The notes: generated from the sequence alone by a model not told the origin. Numbered from the stretch's first letter, positions 43,076 to 58,938 are shown. The stretch: 64,000 nt of DNA from Eledone cirrhosa (GCA_964016885.1 OZ024741.1:186992001-187056000), one strand, 5' to 3'. Program-made: numbers and translations.

Positions 43076-43646
43076 TGATGGCTGCCTCCTCGTTATCGAG
43101 TATGGCCATTGCACGATATACCATTATTATTAATAATTAATTAATTCTATCGTGCGTGAAGATTTTTTTAAAGTGAAGAAAGACTGTGCACTGAGCCAAT
43201 CCGACTCTCTGAGCGAAAGTAGCTATAACCAGAAAAGAAGAAAAGATCAACATCATCGGTAACTACTGAGTCGCAGGTTTTATATCGGAGTTATCCCAGT
43301 TTCCTGAGTTGCCTTCTCCTAGAAGAATGCCCTGACAATGGCTAGGGGACCTTCACTCCCAGTGGTTTAACCGCGCGATCGGATGTCCAGCCCGACTATT
43401 TCTATGTTTCCGTGCATATACATATACATACATATGTACATGTGTATATACATATTTACACACTTTTGGATGACCGTTGACTCTTATGCGTTCTTCCGCC
43501 CTTTGTCAGGTTTTGTTTTTTGTCCTGCAGTGTGCCCAAAATCACCCTCCTCACCAAGTCAACTTGGTGGAGTCGCCGACGACCCAACCATGCGACAGGT
43601 TGTACTAGGTTACATGTTACCAGTAGCACTCAAGAGTAACACGACA
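43076..43646 (-). mobile_element. Diverged subfamily of the RTE-derived element
   Basis: Same termini (ATGGCTGCC..CTCGTT..CGAGTA.GGCCA and ACAGGTTGTACT.GG..ACATGTTACCAGTAGCA). Confidence 0.6.
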
Positions 43647-43718
43647 TAACATACATACATACATACATACATACATACATACATACATACATACATACAT
43701 ACATACATACATACATAC

Positions 43719-44312
43719 ATGATGGCTGCCAACTCGTTTTCGAGTACGGCCACTACTTTATATCCATGTAGGAGAACCCCTACGGATGCGCTGAACGAGT
43801 GTGACTTTTTAGTCCAGCCAGCGATTTGAAAACTCTGGTACAAACACTACACTTTTGACAATTATTGACACATAGTACTGGGCCCATGGTACCATCTGAC
43901 GACAAGTGCAGAGAGATCTCCAGATATAAAGCAATGCCTGTGCCGTGAAGCTTTTATAGTGAGCAAAGGCACTGCACAAAGCCAGTCCCACTCTCTTAAC
44001 CAAGATGATATTTACCAAAAAGAAGAACAAGTCAACATCATTGGATACCATCAGGGTTGCAGGTGTTATATCAGAGTTTTCGTTCTCCTAGAATTCTGCC
44101 TTGACAAAGGCTAAGGGGTCATCTCTCCCGGTGATTTTGGATGGCCATTGACTCTTAAGAGGTCCTTTGCCCTTTGACAGGTTTTGTTTTTAGTCCTGCA
44201 GGATGTCCAAAGTCACCCTCCTCATCAAGTAACCTTGGTGGGGTTGCCAGTTTAGTCGCCAACGACCCGACCATGAGACAGGTTGTACTGGGATACATGT
44301 TACCAGTAGCAC
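43719..44312 (-). mobile_element. Non-autonomous bipartite RTE-derived element
   Basis: Near-identical to 15274-15883; the tail here is (TATG)n. Confidence 0.7.
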
Positions 44313-44926
44313 AGTTGTATATTTGTATATCTGTTTGTCGATCGATGTATATCGATTTAATCATATCAATTTGTATTTTAATTAAGTCAATAATAGACAT
44401 AGTGATGAGAATATACATATTATTTAAATTCCAAATAGTGATTTTAAAATGGGAGGACTACTGCAATAATCCCTAACATTTGATTAAAATTAATTAAATT
44501 TGAAAAGCAGAGGGGGAAATAAATCTGGTCATTAACAGTACGATGAACAAAGTATACTCTGTCGGACGTGTAGAAAGCTCCGACGAATTAATCAACAGAC
44601 TGTAAGAACTCTACCCCACCACATTTACTAAATAACTGTCTGTGTCATCTCCTTTAACAAACAAAATTAAATAGAAAATATGAGTGGAACAGCAACATCA
44701 CGACTTACAATTAAGGACAAAATGAAAACACACACACACATAGAACAAACAACCAACCAACAATAAATAAATAAATAAATAAATAAACAAATAGATAAAT
44801 GAACACAAACACACACAGACACCCGGATGTGGCGCATGCGCAAACTGAGCACACAACACACACACAGAAACAAAATGGCGTAGGACAGAAGAAAGGAAAG
44901 GCACAGAAACAAAGAAAGGAATCCCC

Positions 44927-44971
44927 AGTCACTGAAGAGGTCACATAGTGTGTGACGAAAGGACTATGACT
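44927..44971 (+). ncRNA. Minimal type I hammerhead ribozyme
   Basis: AGTCA-CTGAAGA-G-GTCACA-TAGTG-TGTGAC-GAAAGGACTA-TGACT. Perfect 5-bp stem I and 6-bp stem II. Confidence 0.7.
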
Positions 44972-45270
44972 ATATATAAACAACTATCTGGTTGTGGAAC
45001 CAACCAACCAACCAGAAATTTATAAGTTTGTAAATTTGTAAATTTATAAATTTATAAATATATAATAAATTGAAGTGAAAGCAACTGGTGCGTGTGTTTC
45101 TAATTGGCAACATGACCCTCCCAAAGTATAACAATATCGGTTTCAACACACGATTTCAGATAAAGAATCTTGCTAAACAAATTCAGAAACGAAATATATA
45201 TATATACATATATATATATACATATATATATATATACATATATATATATGTATATATATGTATATATATA

Positions 45271-45362
<92 letters not shown>

Positions 45363-45522
45363 ATATACATATATAGATATATATATATATGCATATATAT
45401 ATATGTGTGCATGTATGTATATATATACATACTACTGTACGTCTGTATACATATATATATGTACATATACATACTTATATTTATGTAATAGCCGTACTAA
45501 GAGTATATGGATATATGTATAT

Positions 45523-46053
<531 letters not shown>

Positions 46054-46229
46054 ATATAACTGCTCTGTAGAACAACTGAAGTTATTACATTGAGCTATTT
46101 ATCTTACTGGTAATAAGGTAATAATAAATTACTGTCTTTCACTGTTTAGGGTTTAAAATATATATAACTATAAAAAGTGTTAGTATATACATAACCATAA
46201 ATAGTATACTTAATACTATATATATATAT

Positions 46230-46373
<144 letters not shown>

Positions 46374-46384
46374 TATATATATAC

Positions 46385-46475
<91 letters not shown>

Positions 46476-46793
46476 TATCCACACGCCTGCATATGATTTG
46501 TTATCGCACTCTTCCTTTCTCAAAACTGCTTCCTCAACGCCTCTTTAATATTTGGACTATTCCCTTGTTTAACTGTTGCATGTATTCCACTCCGTGCTTT
46601 TGATTTTAATTTTAATTTTGATTTGAATTTGAACTTGAATGTTTGTACAATTATTGTACAATTCTCGTAAAATATATGTCACATCCATTCCACCCTGTAA
46701 ATACGAAACTGTTGCTCACAACATCAATTTATATGTATCTATATTATTGTTCAGTTGAATAGGAGGGTAATTATATGTGCAAACATTGATAAT

Positions 46794-46839
46794 GCTCCGA
46801 TGAGTCCAAACGAGAGTTTGGAAGAAACGATTGTCAGCT
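46794..46839 (+). ncRNA. Variant hammerhead (CCGANGA core) in a diverged sister copy
   Basis: GCT-CCGATGA-G-TCCAAAC-GAGA-GTTTGGA-A-GAAACGATTGTC-AGC. Confidence 0.6.
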
Positions 46840-47003
46840 ATTAAATGATTTGAACACAACTTTGATAATTGTATAATTTATTTATTTAACTGCTCTGTAA
46901 AAAAAACTGATGTTCATACATTTCTCTTACTGGTAATTAAGAAATTACTGACCTTCCTGTTTATAGTAGTTTATGCTATATACATAACTATAAATAGTAT
47001 TAT

Positions 47004-47045
<42 letters not shown>

Positions 47046-47163
47046 GTATTTTATGTACATATTAAAATTTAGCTTCGGCATAGCTGTATACATACATGTA
47101 TGTAAATTTCGTATAGCTTAAGATATACGGTATGTTTAATTAATAAACATTTTGAAAGGCAAG

Positions 47164-47236
<73 letters not shown>

Positions 47237-47786
47237 GAGATGCATAGCGTGAGTAATGAATGTCTACATTTCACTGTAGTTTTCTCTGTCTTATAAGTGT
47301 ATATGTGTATATGTTATTTTCTGTATACATTTGTGAGCGTGGCTTTTTTGGCTCTGATTTCGCTGTATATCTAACAAATCTTCCACCACTAGCACCAAAA
47401 AGCGGACTGAACTACACCTCACTTCCAGCCCCATCACGTCTCTACATCATCAGCTCCGACTTTCCATACACCTGTCTACTAGCTTCTCATTCCCCTCCCT
47501 TAATACTACTGCCTCCACCACTATGATCATCGTCTATTGTAAGGCTGTCTATGTACAGTTTTACCAAGTAGTTTCCTTCCTGACAACAGATGTTGGTAAA
47601 CTCGAAACCTATCAACTTCTTTAATTTGTTACGCTAAGTTGGTGTCTCACTTTTGTTTCTGATCCTCCCACCTCACTCTTCCTTCACCGTCTGTTTTTGA
47701 ATTTTCAGACATGGCTGTGTATGTGGTTCTCTTTTACCCCTTTAATTATATATATATATATATATGTATATGTATATGTATATGTT

Positions 47787-47865
<79 letters not shown>

Positions 47866-49690
47866 GTATGTATGTATATATATGCATATAGACATATACA
47901 GTAGAGATATACAGTAGATATAAACATGTATATATGTATGTATGTGTAAAGTGTGTTCTCTCTCTTTCCACCCCACCCTCTCTATCTCTCTCTCTCTCTC
48001 TCTCTTTAACATACATACATATATTATATTTACGTAATTTTATCTATGGTTTTGTTATGATAACTACAGTTAACTGAAGCATATAACAGCAAGTCTTGGC
48101 ACCACTATTACACTTGTGGTTGTTCAATCATATATTAATTGTGTAAAAATCTGAGGTTAGTTTTTGTTGATAAGATTATTTCTTCTTCAATCGGACGTAG
48201 ATGAGGAAGTGGCCAAGTTGTTAAGATCATTATCCATTACTCTTCGCTAAGCTATCTATTAATGTTGGCCATGTATCTCCACCTGGAAAGATCCTCTGCA
48301 GATAGCATTCTTGGGCAAGATTTTTTAGTGAAACAATTGCAGTTACCTATGGCGCAAGTCTCCGCTTTCTACGTCATCAATGCTGTCTAACGAAAACGCA
48401 GGGACCGACACAGTTTTGTCCGAGTGTTTCCGCAGGCGAATGCGAATTTATATAGCGAGGCATTTTCACCAAAGCACCGGCACTTACCCCAATCAATTCC
48501 CTTGGAATAGTACCATAATTTAGTGACCCCAGAAGAATGAAAAGCATGAAATGGGGATTTAAACACAATGTGTAAACAGCTGGAAAAATAGCGCAAGGCA
48601 TTTTTCCGACGCTCTAACAATTCTGTCAATTCACTGCCCTTATTTACCCTTAGATTAGAAATAAAGCTTTCCAATTCCAATCAACAATAGTTCATTGTAG
48701 ATATCTGGGGAGAAATTCTTCATCAGAGTTTTATTATTGAACGATTTTTCATCAAACGACGTTTTGTCGAAACAGATTTTCAAACAAGAACTTTGAAAAC
48801 GTAAGATTTTTAATAATTGTTTCTATTGCGTTTTTTTTTTTTTTTTTTTTTTTTTTTAGATATTTGGGTGGTAAATCTAATTTTATTTCATATTAAAAAT
48901 ATTGAATATTTAAAATTATTACAATATTGTTATAATGGGCTGTTACGCCTGTTAGTATATCTGTACGAACGAAGATAAAACCAAAGTATTCACCAGTCGT
49001 AATTTCGAACTATCAATGAGATCACTACAATGAGACACAGTATAGACAGTCTACTGATAGTTCACTTCAGTTGTTATTTATAGACATTTCGCCATGTCCA
49101 TATTTAGTTGCGGAGGTGTGTTCAGGGTTTTTCCCTATAATATATATTTACACAATTATTCTATGAAAAACAATTTCGATAAAGACTTGATTCAATGAAC
49201 TACCTCTATAAAAACTGATTTAGATAAAACATCATTCAATAAAAATTGACGTCGATAAAATTTCGCGCGGTGAAATGTCCTTCGATGAAATGTCGTTTTA
49301 TGATAAGACGTTCGCTGAAAAATCGTGCCAGAATTGTAAATATACTTATTCTTAAAGAAAACTAGACTCATTTATACATCCCAGATTATGGTTTCAAATG
49401 ACGCCTGGATATCAGATTTAAATGACGTGTATCTTACACTATTTAAAATAATTTCCTTTCTAGGGATTAATCTAGTTGTCCAAAAAATTATAATCCTATC
49501 ATTCATTAACAGGGGATGGGCAATGTATATGAAAAAATCTCTTCGGAACACGTATTCTTTTTATTTCACCCGACTGTGAAGTTTCTTGAAGCAGCTTTGT
49601 CTACTAGTCTTAGTAGTCAAAGATGTGTCAGTTAAATTTGATAGCCCGAAAGTCAACAGAAACTCGACAGAAGAATGTATGTATGTATGT

Positions 49691-51510
49691 TCTTCTGGTT
49701 TTATAATTTCATAAAGTTTTACCAATAGAGAGAGAGTCGGTTTCTAACATACACACAAGACTCTCTCATTGGAATTTACACAACATCAACTAGGTAGGTA
49801 TGTATGTATGCAAGCATGTGTATATGCTTTGCATCTGTATATGTGTATATGCAGTTATTAGATGCACAATTTTGGGAAGGTCTTACATATTTTTACTGTT
49901 CCACTAATGGATTGTACTTGTAATTTCCTAACTAGTTGTGTTCTTTCTGTTCCTGTGAAGCCTAGCTTCTCAAGATTTGTATTGAGGCAGTTACTAACAT
50001 ATACCAGTGCCCCAATAATCACAGGCATAAATCTGAAGGTGTAATCAGGGTGGAGTATCTGCAGATTTCTCGTCAGTTCTGCATAAATGTTCTCCTTTTC
50101 ACTAATCTTTGAAAATATATTGGCATCTGCTGGGCAGCTAATTTCCACTACTGTGCATGCTTTCTTCTCCCTGTCCCATATCATAATATCAGGTCTGTTA
50201 TGCCTGCATTTTATTGGGGGTTTTACTGGAAATTCCACCAGTACTCTTTCATATTATGTACATGGATGTCTTCCACATTGCTGTAGCTTTTAATGTGTTT
50301 ATTATCGGAGCTATCTTTTTCACGAACTGCATTGTACAGTGTTTTGGCCACTACATCATGCCTCATAGGTAGATAGTACCGCGATGACATCTTTGGACAG
50401 CTACTGATGACATGGGTGATACCTTCGATGTTAGTTCTGCAGAGTCTGCACTTGTTAACACATTTAGGTGTTTTGCCTGTACCCCTATCTCTTTTGACGA
50501 TCAGGTATTTCGTGCTAATCTCCTGTTCCTGGATTGCAAAAGCGTATCCTTCAAAGTGGGAGCCAATATAGCGGTTGTTGGTCCAAGATAGACTACTTTC
50601 CTTATCTATATTACTCTCACTCTGGAGCTTCCTGGCAACATATCCATGCATGATTTTTTGCTGATAGGCATGCAGTTTTTCATCCATGGATTCACTGCGA
50701 TGCTGCTGAGCGACATCCCTGGGTGTGAGTTTTTGATTATCACACAGGGAATATCTCTCGAGGAGTTCCTTCCCAACTCTCATGATCTTATCTGTTTCAT
50801 GCAGGTAGAATGTTTCGAGAAACGGGCTCCTACGCTTCGAGGTTCGTAGATGTTGTCGGAGCGATATGATGCGACATTCAAATGTTGTCTGGACTGATGT
50901 TAGGCCTCTGCCTCCCTGCTTACGTTTCAAGTAAAGGCGGTCTATGTCACTGTTGATGTGGAAGTTTCCGGTGTTGTTCAGTATTTTTCGAGTTCCAACA
51001 TCAACTGCTCGGATTTCGTCTATCGTCCAATTGAGTATTCCAAACGTTGGTGTTAGGACAGGCACAGCAAACACATTGTGAACCACTGTTTTGTTTTGCG
51101 CAGAGAGTTCCGATGACCACATATTTCTTAATCGGGTGTAGTATTCTTTGGTTACGCGTTCTTTATTACAGATACCATTATAGGATATGTTCTCATCTAT
51201 CCCCAGGTATCTGTAGCAGTCCTCATCAGATATCGGTGAAACAGTTAGGCCATTGATGACAATGTTTCTAGATTGGGTTGTTGTTTTTCCCCGCTTTACA
51301 GTCATGTATGAGCATTTATCTTGGCCAAACTCCTTTCCTATATCCTTTGAGAACGTTGTAACCAGGTCAAGATTTTTCTTCATCCCATCCATGTTCTTGG
51401 CATAAAGTTTCAGATTGTCCACAAAGAAATTATGGATTAGCTTCATATTTCTGTCCTCCTGTGAGCCAATGATATATCCCTCACATTTCTTGAGCAGAAA
51501 GGACAATGGG
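49691..51510 (-). mobile_element. 5'-truncated, inactivated R4/Dong LINE (second family)
   Basis: ORFs 50223-51506 and 49858-50238 carry HNFFVDNLKLY (catalytic D to N), YRYLG, GGRGL, CCHC, RHD and RPDIMIWD..VEISCP, with one frameshift. (TATG)n on both sides. Confidence 0.92.
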
Positions 51511-51600
51511 TGTATGTATGTATGTATGTATGTATGTATGTATGTATGTATGTATGTATGTATGTATGTATGTATGTATGTATATATGTATGTATGTATG

Positions 51601-54141
51601 TTCTTCTGGTTTTATAATTTCACAAAGTTTTACCAATAGAGAGAGAGAGTCCGTTTCTAACATAGACACAAGACTCATTGGAATTTATACAACATCAACT
51701 AGGTAGATATGTATGTATGCATGCATGTGTAGATATGGATGCTATTGTATATGTGGATGTGTATATTTCGAGTTGTATGTGTGCATGTGTATATGCTTTG
51801 TATCTGTACATGTGTATATGCAGTTATTAGATGCAAAATCTTTGGAATGTTTATCATATTTTTACTGTTCCATTAATGGATGGTATTTGTAATTTCCTAA
51901 CTAGTTATGTTCTTTCTGTTCCTGTGAAGCCCAGCTTCTGAAGATTTGTATTGAGGCAGTTACTAACATACCCCAGTGCCCCAATAATCACAGGCATAAA
52001 CCGGAATGTGTAATCAAGCTGGAGTATCTGCAGATTTCTCATAAGTTTTGCATAAATGTTCTCCTTTTCACTAATCTTTGATATTATATTGGCATCTGCT
52101 GTGCATGCTTTCTGCTCCCTATCCCTATATCATAATATCTGGTCTGTTATGCCTGCATTTTATTGGGGTTTTTACTGGAACATTCCACCAGAACTCTTTC
52201 ATATTATGTACATGGATTAGGTACATGTCGATTAGGAGTTGTTCAGCACATCTCCAAACCCCTTTCTTTCCAGCTGCTTGTTCATCTGTGATGATGTTAT
52301 TAATTTCACAGTGATCTTGGAGGAATAGGTTCAGACAGGCTGTATACATCTTATACATCAGGTTCTGGCATGCAATGGGTCGGTAGTTTTTTGCCTAGTG
52401 GGTGTCTTTGTTCTTGGGGACCAGTAATGTTTGTGCTAATGTCAACCATTCTGGTATAAGTGTATCTCCCTTAAGAGCTTGTTGGTAGAGGTCAGTAAGA
52501 TACCTCCGATAGAATATCAGTTTTTTTTAACCAGTAGCCGACAATCATGTCTCTTCCTGGTGTTTTCTTTTCTAGGAGTTTTCCTATCACAATCTCAAGG
52601 GTACCCTCACTTATTTCGTATGTTTTTGTTGTAGTGTAGGAGCAATAGTTCTTTCGGATTTCTCTTAGCCACACTGCATCTAGGTTGAAATTCTTCTTTT
52701 CACCCCATAATTTGCTCCAAAAGGAATCTATGTCTTTCTGGGATGGGGCCTCAGTGACACTTATTATTTTGCCCTTCATAGACTGATGTTTGGTTTCGTG
52801 TGAATCTTTTATTAAGCACGTTTCTCTCATCTACCTTCTTCAGGTATCGGCGTTTTTCGCTAACAGCTCTCAATTCTTGTATGAGTGTGATCAGCTTATA
52901 TTGGAGAGTTCTGGTTCTACTGTTACCAAACATCGTCTCTATTTTATTTTTCACTCTTTGTTGGTGAGGAGTGAGGTTTTTTGGTGTTTGTTTGCATGTA
53001 AGGAGCATTGTCACATGTCCTTTTTTTTTTCGTAGATCAGCAATCTTTTATTCTATTTTAGTTATATATGATGGTATTTTTGGTGGTGTTTTGTTCTTGT
53101 TAATATCTCTGCTATCACCAAGATAATGCTTCACTGTCATTGCTAAGGCATATAAACAGGCGTTGATTTGCCAAAATGTTGGGGTTTTTATCCGTCGTAA
53201 ATATTCATCCCCTATTTCGTCAATAACACGTAATATTTAATTATTTGCTTTTTTATTCAACATTGTCGTTTTAACACGTTCAGCAAGGAGAAATATTTAT
53301 GCATGAGTTAATTTCTCTCTGGAAGATTTCATTGAGGGAAATTTTCAATTGTTTATACTTTTGATTATCATTATCGATAGTATTTTCCACAATAGTCGAG
53401 GTAGACTCGGATGGTACTCGTGGTGTCAAATTTCTTCGATTATTATTATTATCGATAGTGCTTTCCCCAGCATTCGAGGTAGACTTAGATGGTACAGGTG
53501 GTGTCAAGTTTCTTTCAGGCATAGTTGTTTCAAGGCACTGTTCGACCTGGCTGCTAGAAAGTCTAGTAGCATGGCGACCTGTAGCACATTTTGTTGATAA
53601 CATGTTTGTTGTGGGGGACTTACAATTAATAATATTTATCTTATTTTTGCGTTCAACAAACATCGCTTGTTGGCATAATTGTTTCTCTGTGAAATAATTT
53701 AGCTCTGGGTGCATTTCGTCCCAGTGTAGCTTCATTCTATTCATATAGCCAATAGAGGGATTGTTTTTAGCCATTTTATAACAATTAAATAAATCATTAT
53801 TAACTTCTCAACTACAAGAGAAATGTGATTTATAATTTCGGTTTCTTCTGTAGCTACAACTGAATAAATTTTGTTTACCTTCTTTGTTATTTGTATTCGG
53901 TACTTCCTTAATTCTGTTGTTGATGTTGTGTTCAGCCATGCTGTTTGTAGCAAATCCTTGTAAAATGAATTATGTATTTAGTCGGATATCTCTACGTATT
54001 CGAATAAAAGGTGTCTTCAGAAGATATAGTTAGAAGAATAACCTGGCTGTAGTTGTGGCATTACTGTCGGAGATAGTATTCACCTTAAATTTAATAAATA
54101 GTATTCCACGCCAAAATATGCGACTGCTCGCGTTGACTGTC
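51601..54141 (-). mobile_element. R4/Dong LINE with 5' end retained and a large internal deletion
   Basis: N-terminal remnants (GYMNRMK..WDE.HPE) and the RT start (KKTPGRD.I.GYW.K, NYRPIACQN..YK, EQAAGKKG...C.EQLLID) are joined directly to HVHNMKEFWWN..RPDI. Same 3' UTR as 49691. (TATG)n flanks. Confidence 0.88.
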
Positions 54142-55729
54142 TATGTATGTATGTATGTATGTATGTATGTATGTATGTATGTATGTATGTATGTATGTAT
54201 GTATGTATGTATGTTTGTATGTACGTATGTATGTATGTTTGTATGTACGTATGTATGTATCCATGTATGTATGTATGCGTGTATGTATGTATGTATGCAT
54301 GTATGTATTTATGTATGTATGTTTGTATGTACGTATGTATGTGTGTATGTACGTATGTATGTATCCATGTATGTATGCGTGCATGTATGTATTCATGTAT
54401 GTATTTATGTATGTATTTATGTATGTATGTTGTATGTAGGTATGTATGCATGTATGTATGCATGTACGTATGTATGTATATATGTATGTATGTACGTACG
54501 TACGTTTTATGTATCTATGCATGTATCTACGTATGTATTAATGTATGATGTATGCATGTATGCATGTGTGTATGCATGTATGTATATATGTATGTACTTA
54601 TGTACGTATGTATGCATGTATGTATGAATGAATGCATGTTTGTGTATATGTTTATATATATATATGTAGATATGTATGTCGGCGTAACAAGAGAAGGCAT
54701 GATCAGTCAATCAAACATGAATAATTGTTTCTAGTTTTGGCACAAGACCAGCAATTATCCCAGGAATTACTGCTACTTTATTTACGCATCCTCCATTCTG
54801 TCCGCCGGGGCTGTGGGTGGGCCCCATCGCGTACCAATACATTAGTTAAATACCATTCTTTCATCGATGTTCAATGGTATAACTGAAGTCGTAGACTAAA
54901 ATTCTAACTAGGAAACCGAATGATTCTCGGCTTCAGAGTTAAGAATAAAGTAAATAAAACACAGAGGTTATTGAAATTTTATCGGCGGTATTTGCTTCCG
55001 TTTTAGCTGCGTTCCTTTTCGTCTAGACATATATGTAGACTGGTATTTATTATATCGATCGCTGGATGAGAAAAATAAATGTTGAGGTAGTAACCTTAAT
55101 CAATCATCCAGTTTATTAACGCAAACTGTCCCGCCCTATGTCTTTAACAGAGACGACTTTGCTGAAAATATTGCGGGCAGGTCTGCAGCCAGGGAGGTAA
55201 CTTCCCTCCTTTCACCTGGAATTTGTCATGCGCATGTCCTCACATTCTTTGGCTAAGTTATAAAAAGAAAGAAGCTGACAAGCATAGCATTATAAAGAAG
55301 AGAGCAAGAGGGTTGGAGAAAAAGAAACATGTATATATCGACATTCGATCGATAAGATCCCAGACCTCATTGGCTTAACGAATGGGGCGGAGCTCGTCCA
55401 ATCGATCCAAGGAAACAATGTATCCATTGTTCTGTATCTATGTATGTATGTATGCGTGTATGTATGTACGTATGTATTTATGTTTGTATGTTGGTATGTA
55501 TGTATGATGTATGCATGTATGTATGCATGCATGTATGTACATATGTATGTAAGTAGATACGTATGTATGTATGTATGCGTGTATGTATGTACGTATGTAT
55601 TTATGTATGTATGTTGGTAGGTATGTATGCATGTATGATGTATGCATGTATGTATGCATGCATGTATGTACATATGTATGTAAGTAGATACGTATGTATG
55701 TATGTATATATATGTACGTCGCAAATCCA

Positions 55730-55848
55730 GGCAGAAGAAGCAACGTGAAATAAAGTGTCTTGCTCAAGGACATAACGCATCGCCAGGTCTGGGAAACGAA
55801 ATCACAACCTCACGATTGCCAATCCAATTCTCTAACCAGCCAGCCACG
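55730..55848 (-). mobile_element. SINE family 2, head
   Basis: Reverse complement of the 6323-6440 pattern (AAGTGTCTTGCTCAAGGAC...CTAACCAGCCAGCCACG). Confidence 0.75.
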
Positions 55849-57132
55849 ATATATATATATATAGCATACATGCTTACATACATACACACGTGAAAGTCTC
55901 AATCGCTACCACCACTGCTACTGCTGCTAGTGGTGGTGCTATAGTACCAGAATCTGAGATGGTGGTGTGGAAATATGTCTAGTTCGTTCCAACTTGGCAT
56001 GTGGTGTTATTACTACATAGCGAGTGAATGGTGCCTGAGTCATGGTTTCATCATTTTCATTCTTAACATTTAAGCATCTTGATTTCACTTCAACTCCACA
56101 GGGGGGTTGCTACTTGTTTTTCACGTGGCCAGACCTTAATCTTATGAGTACAAACAGGCAGGAAAAAAGAAAATAAAGACAAAAAATTACTACAAGACAT
56201 ACATAAAATATAAGAGAAATTACGTCTGTTGAAATAATTCTGGTGTTCCACTATTTGAAGATACAACAGGCGGTGAATTAGCTGAGTCATTAGAGCATAG
56301 GACAAAATGTCTTGTGTATTAATCCTGGATCTCAATGCTCTGGGTACTAATCACGTCAAAGCCGACCTTGCATTAGAACGTTTTACAGTCGATAATATAA
56401 CGTACTAGTCAATTGCAATGAATTTGTGATAGTACTGGAGCCTCTTACGAGATGCATCGGAGCTTTAGCTTTGGCTCTTTGGGTTTTAAAGTTCAAATCC
56501 CGCTTTGGTCAATTTGGTTGGTAGATTTTATCCGTTGTTCGGTGTACTTTCTTTGTACACCTTTAGCAGTGTCTACACTGTTGCAAACGTGTTTACTTCT
56601 TCCCTCCCTCATATCATTCTGGATGACCTTGAAATTGGCCATGGGCGCTGCACTTCCAAGGCTGACTACACAACAACAGAAAAAGCAACAGTACCAGTAA
56701 TGTTTGTGTGAACAAGGAATGGAGCCTGATAGAAATAGTTGCTAAATCTTCCTCATATAATTTCTTTGCATTTCAAGAAAAGAAAAGACACATGAGATAA
56801 TATGACCTTCTATATCTTGAAAAAGACGGGACAACCATGGCTGGAATGCCTTTCACCATATTTGAAAAACAAAATTAGCAAAAACAGTTCTCGTGATGAT
56901 TTCTGGTGCACCGAAAGCCCTGTCAATAAACTTTGAGTTGGTCGACATACGAAAGTTGTGGCATGTTTGGGTTGACATTCTTTTATATACGAGTAGCTGA
57001 ATCAGTGTGAAGGTGAAAAGAATCTCTGTTACACCGAATCTACCTGATAGAATGGTGTTTAATTCTTCGAGTAGGTAGTTCCGTTGATCTAGAAGCTGGA
57101 ATACTCATTGTTGAAAGAGAATCTATTAACCG

Positions 57133-57200
<68 letters not shown>

Positions 57201-57337
57201 TTGTGTGTGTATGTGTGTGTGTGTGCGCGCCGCGCGTGTGTGTATGTGTGTGTGTCTGCGTGCGTGTGCGAGCTCGTATACATATATATATATCGTTATA
57301 TATAATATATATAATATATATAGAGATATACACACAC

Positions 57338-57417
<80 letters not shown>

Positions 57418-58901
57418 ACATACATATATATATAAAGATTATATATGTGAAAATATACATATACACACTTTCACATATACATACGCATGCATACATACAC
57501 ACACGCAAACATATATACATATATAAATACGCACATACATACATGCATACATGCATGCATACATATATGCTTACATACATATATACATACATACATATAT
57601 ACATACATACTTACATACACACATACATACATACATACATACATACATACATACATACATACATACATACATACATAAGTACTTATAAATATATAGATGA
57701 GTTTTTAAAGAAATATTCACCTTCCTCGATCCTTTTACACTGAACAATATGCATTGCACTCATATCAAATATCCCCCGAGATTAACTCCCATTAGACTGT
57801 TTTAAGATCTTTCAGTTCATTCTTGTATATCTGCTAGGACATGGAGCAGTCTTCTTAACTGCCTAATGGTCTTTACAATCAAGGAGTCCCATCTGAGCTT
57901 CCGATGTCATTAGGCAAACTACGCAGTTGCCTCGAAAGCAGGCTCGAGAGGTGCATGTTTGAATCTTCAGTGATCACAGTCTGTATGATTAATTTAATTG
58001 TTTAATAATTTACAGCGATTAGTACATAAATCTCTAGACATATTTTTCGCTTAGCAGCGTTGCGGAAACATCAAAAGCGGAAGCCGTATGGTGTTATGTC
58101 ATGTCATATAAGATACATTTCTTTATTTGCCACAAGATGAGGGTTATGATCTGTGAATCAAAAAATACTCTATTGATCAGAGCAAGAAGTGTCAAAAGTT
58201 ATATGTCTGTTAGCTTTCCAAACTGTAAGTTGAAAATATATTATTTGGTTGGGAGAATGGACCCCAAAACGGGGAGAATGAGGTGCACATTTTCGGACTA
58301 AGCCAAGGCGCTGATTAAACAGGCAGTCTAAGAAAGAGTCCCGCTTTTGATCTTACTACACGGCAGCTTCTTAAAATATCTTCTATCGTAAGCCTGTGTT
58401 TAGCTAAGCACTGCAAGAGAATTTGGTTAAAGAAAAGTGTAAATGTAGGTAATCCATAGGCTTTCAGTCGTTATTTTCTCAAATTTCATTTTCTTTTTTT
58501 TTTTGTGCGTGCGTGTGGGTTGGGTACTGTCTACTTAGGACCGAAATATGAATTATATACTTTTCTAAGACGTTAGAAAGTAGTTTAGGGGAGAATTGTT
58601 TGCAATTTCGAACAGGTCCTTTTTCGTTCGGGCTACTGCAGTATTTATTTGTTGTCGTTGTTATTGTTGTTACATCTTTTCAACTTAAGAAGTCACTCGT
58701 AATGTGTTTGGTAAAGTGAAAAAGGTGTCAGGAAAAGTAATTAAACGAGAAACACTATTATGACTACCAGACCCACCATGACCGGCCCCCGACATCCCAC
58801 CCCCACCCCACCAACACTAATACTACTACTGATGTATGTCATAATAATCCTTTGTTTTATTTTCCTCTGTAGTGCCTCATACACTCCGAAACATTGTTTG
58901 G

Positions 58902-58938
<37 letters not shown>

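Noticed and set aside
48377-48680. Short non-repetitive ORFs as host exons
   Set aside because: No recognisable domain or convincing splice-site pair; cannot be supported without homology or RNA data.
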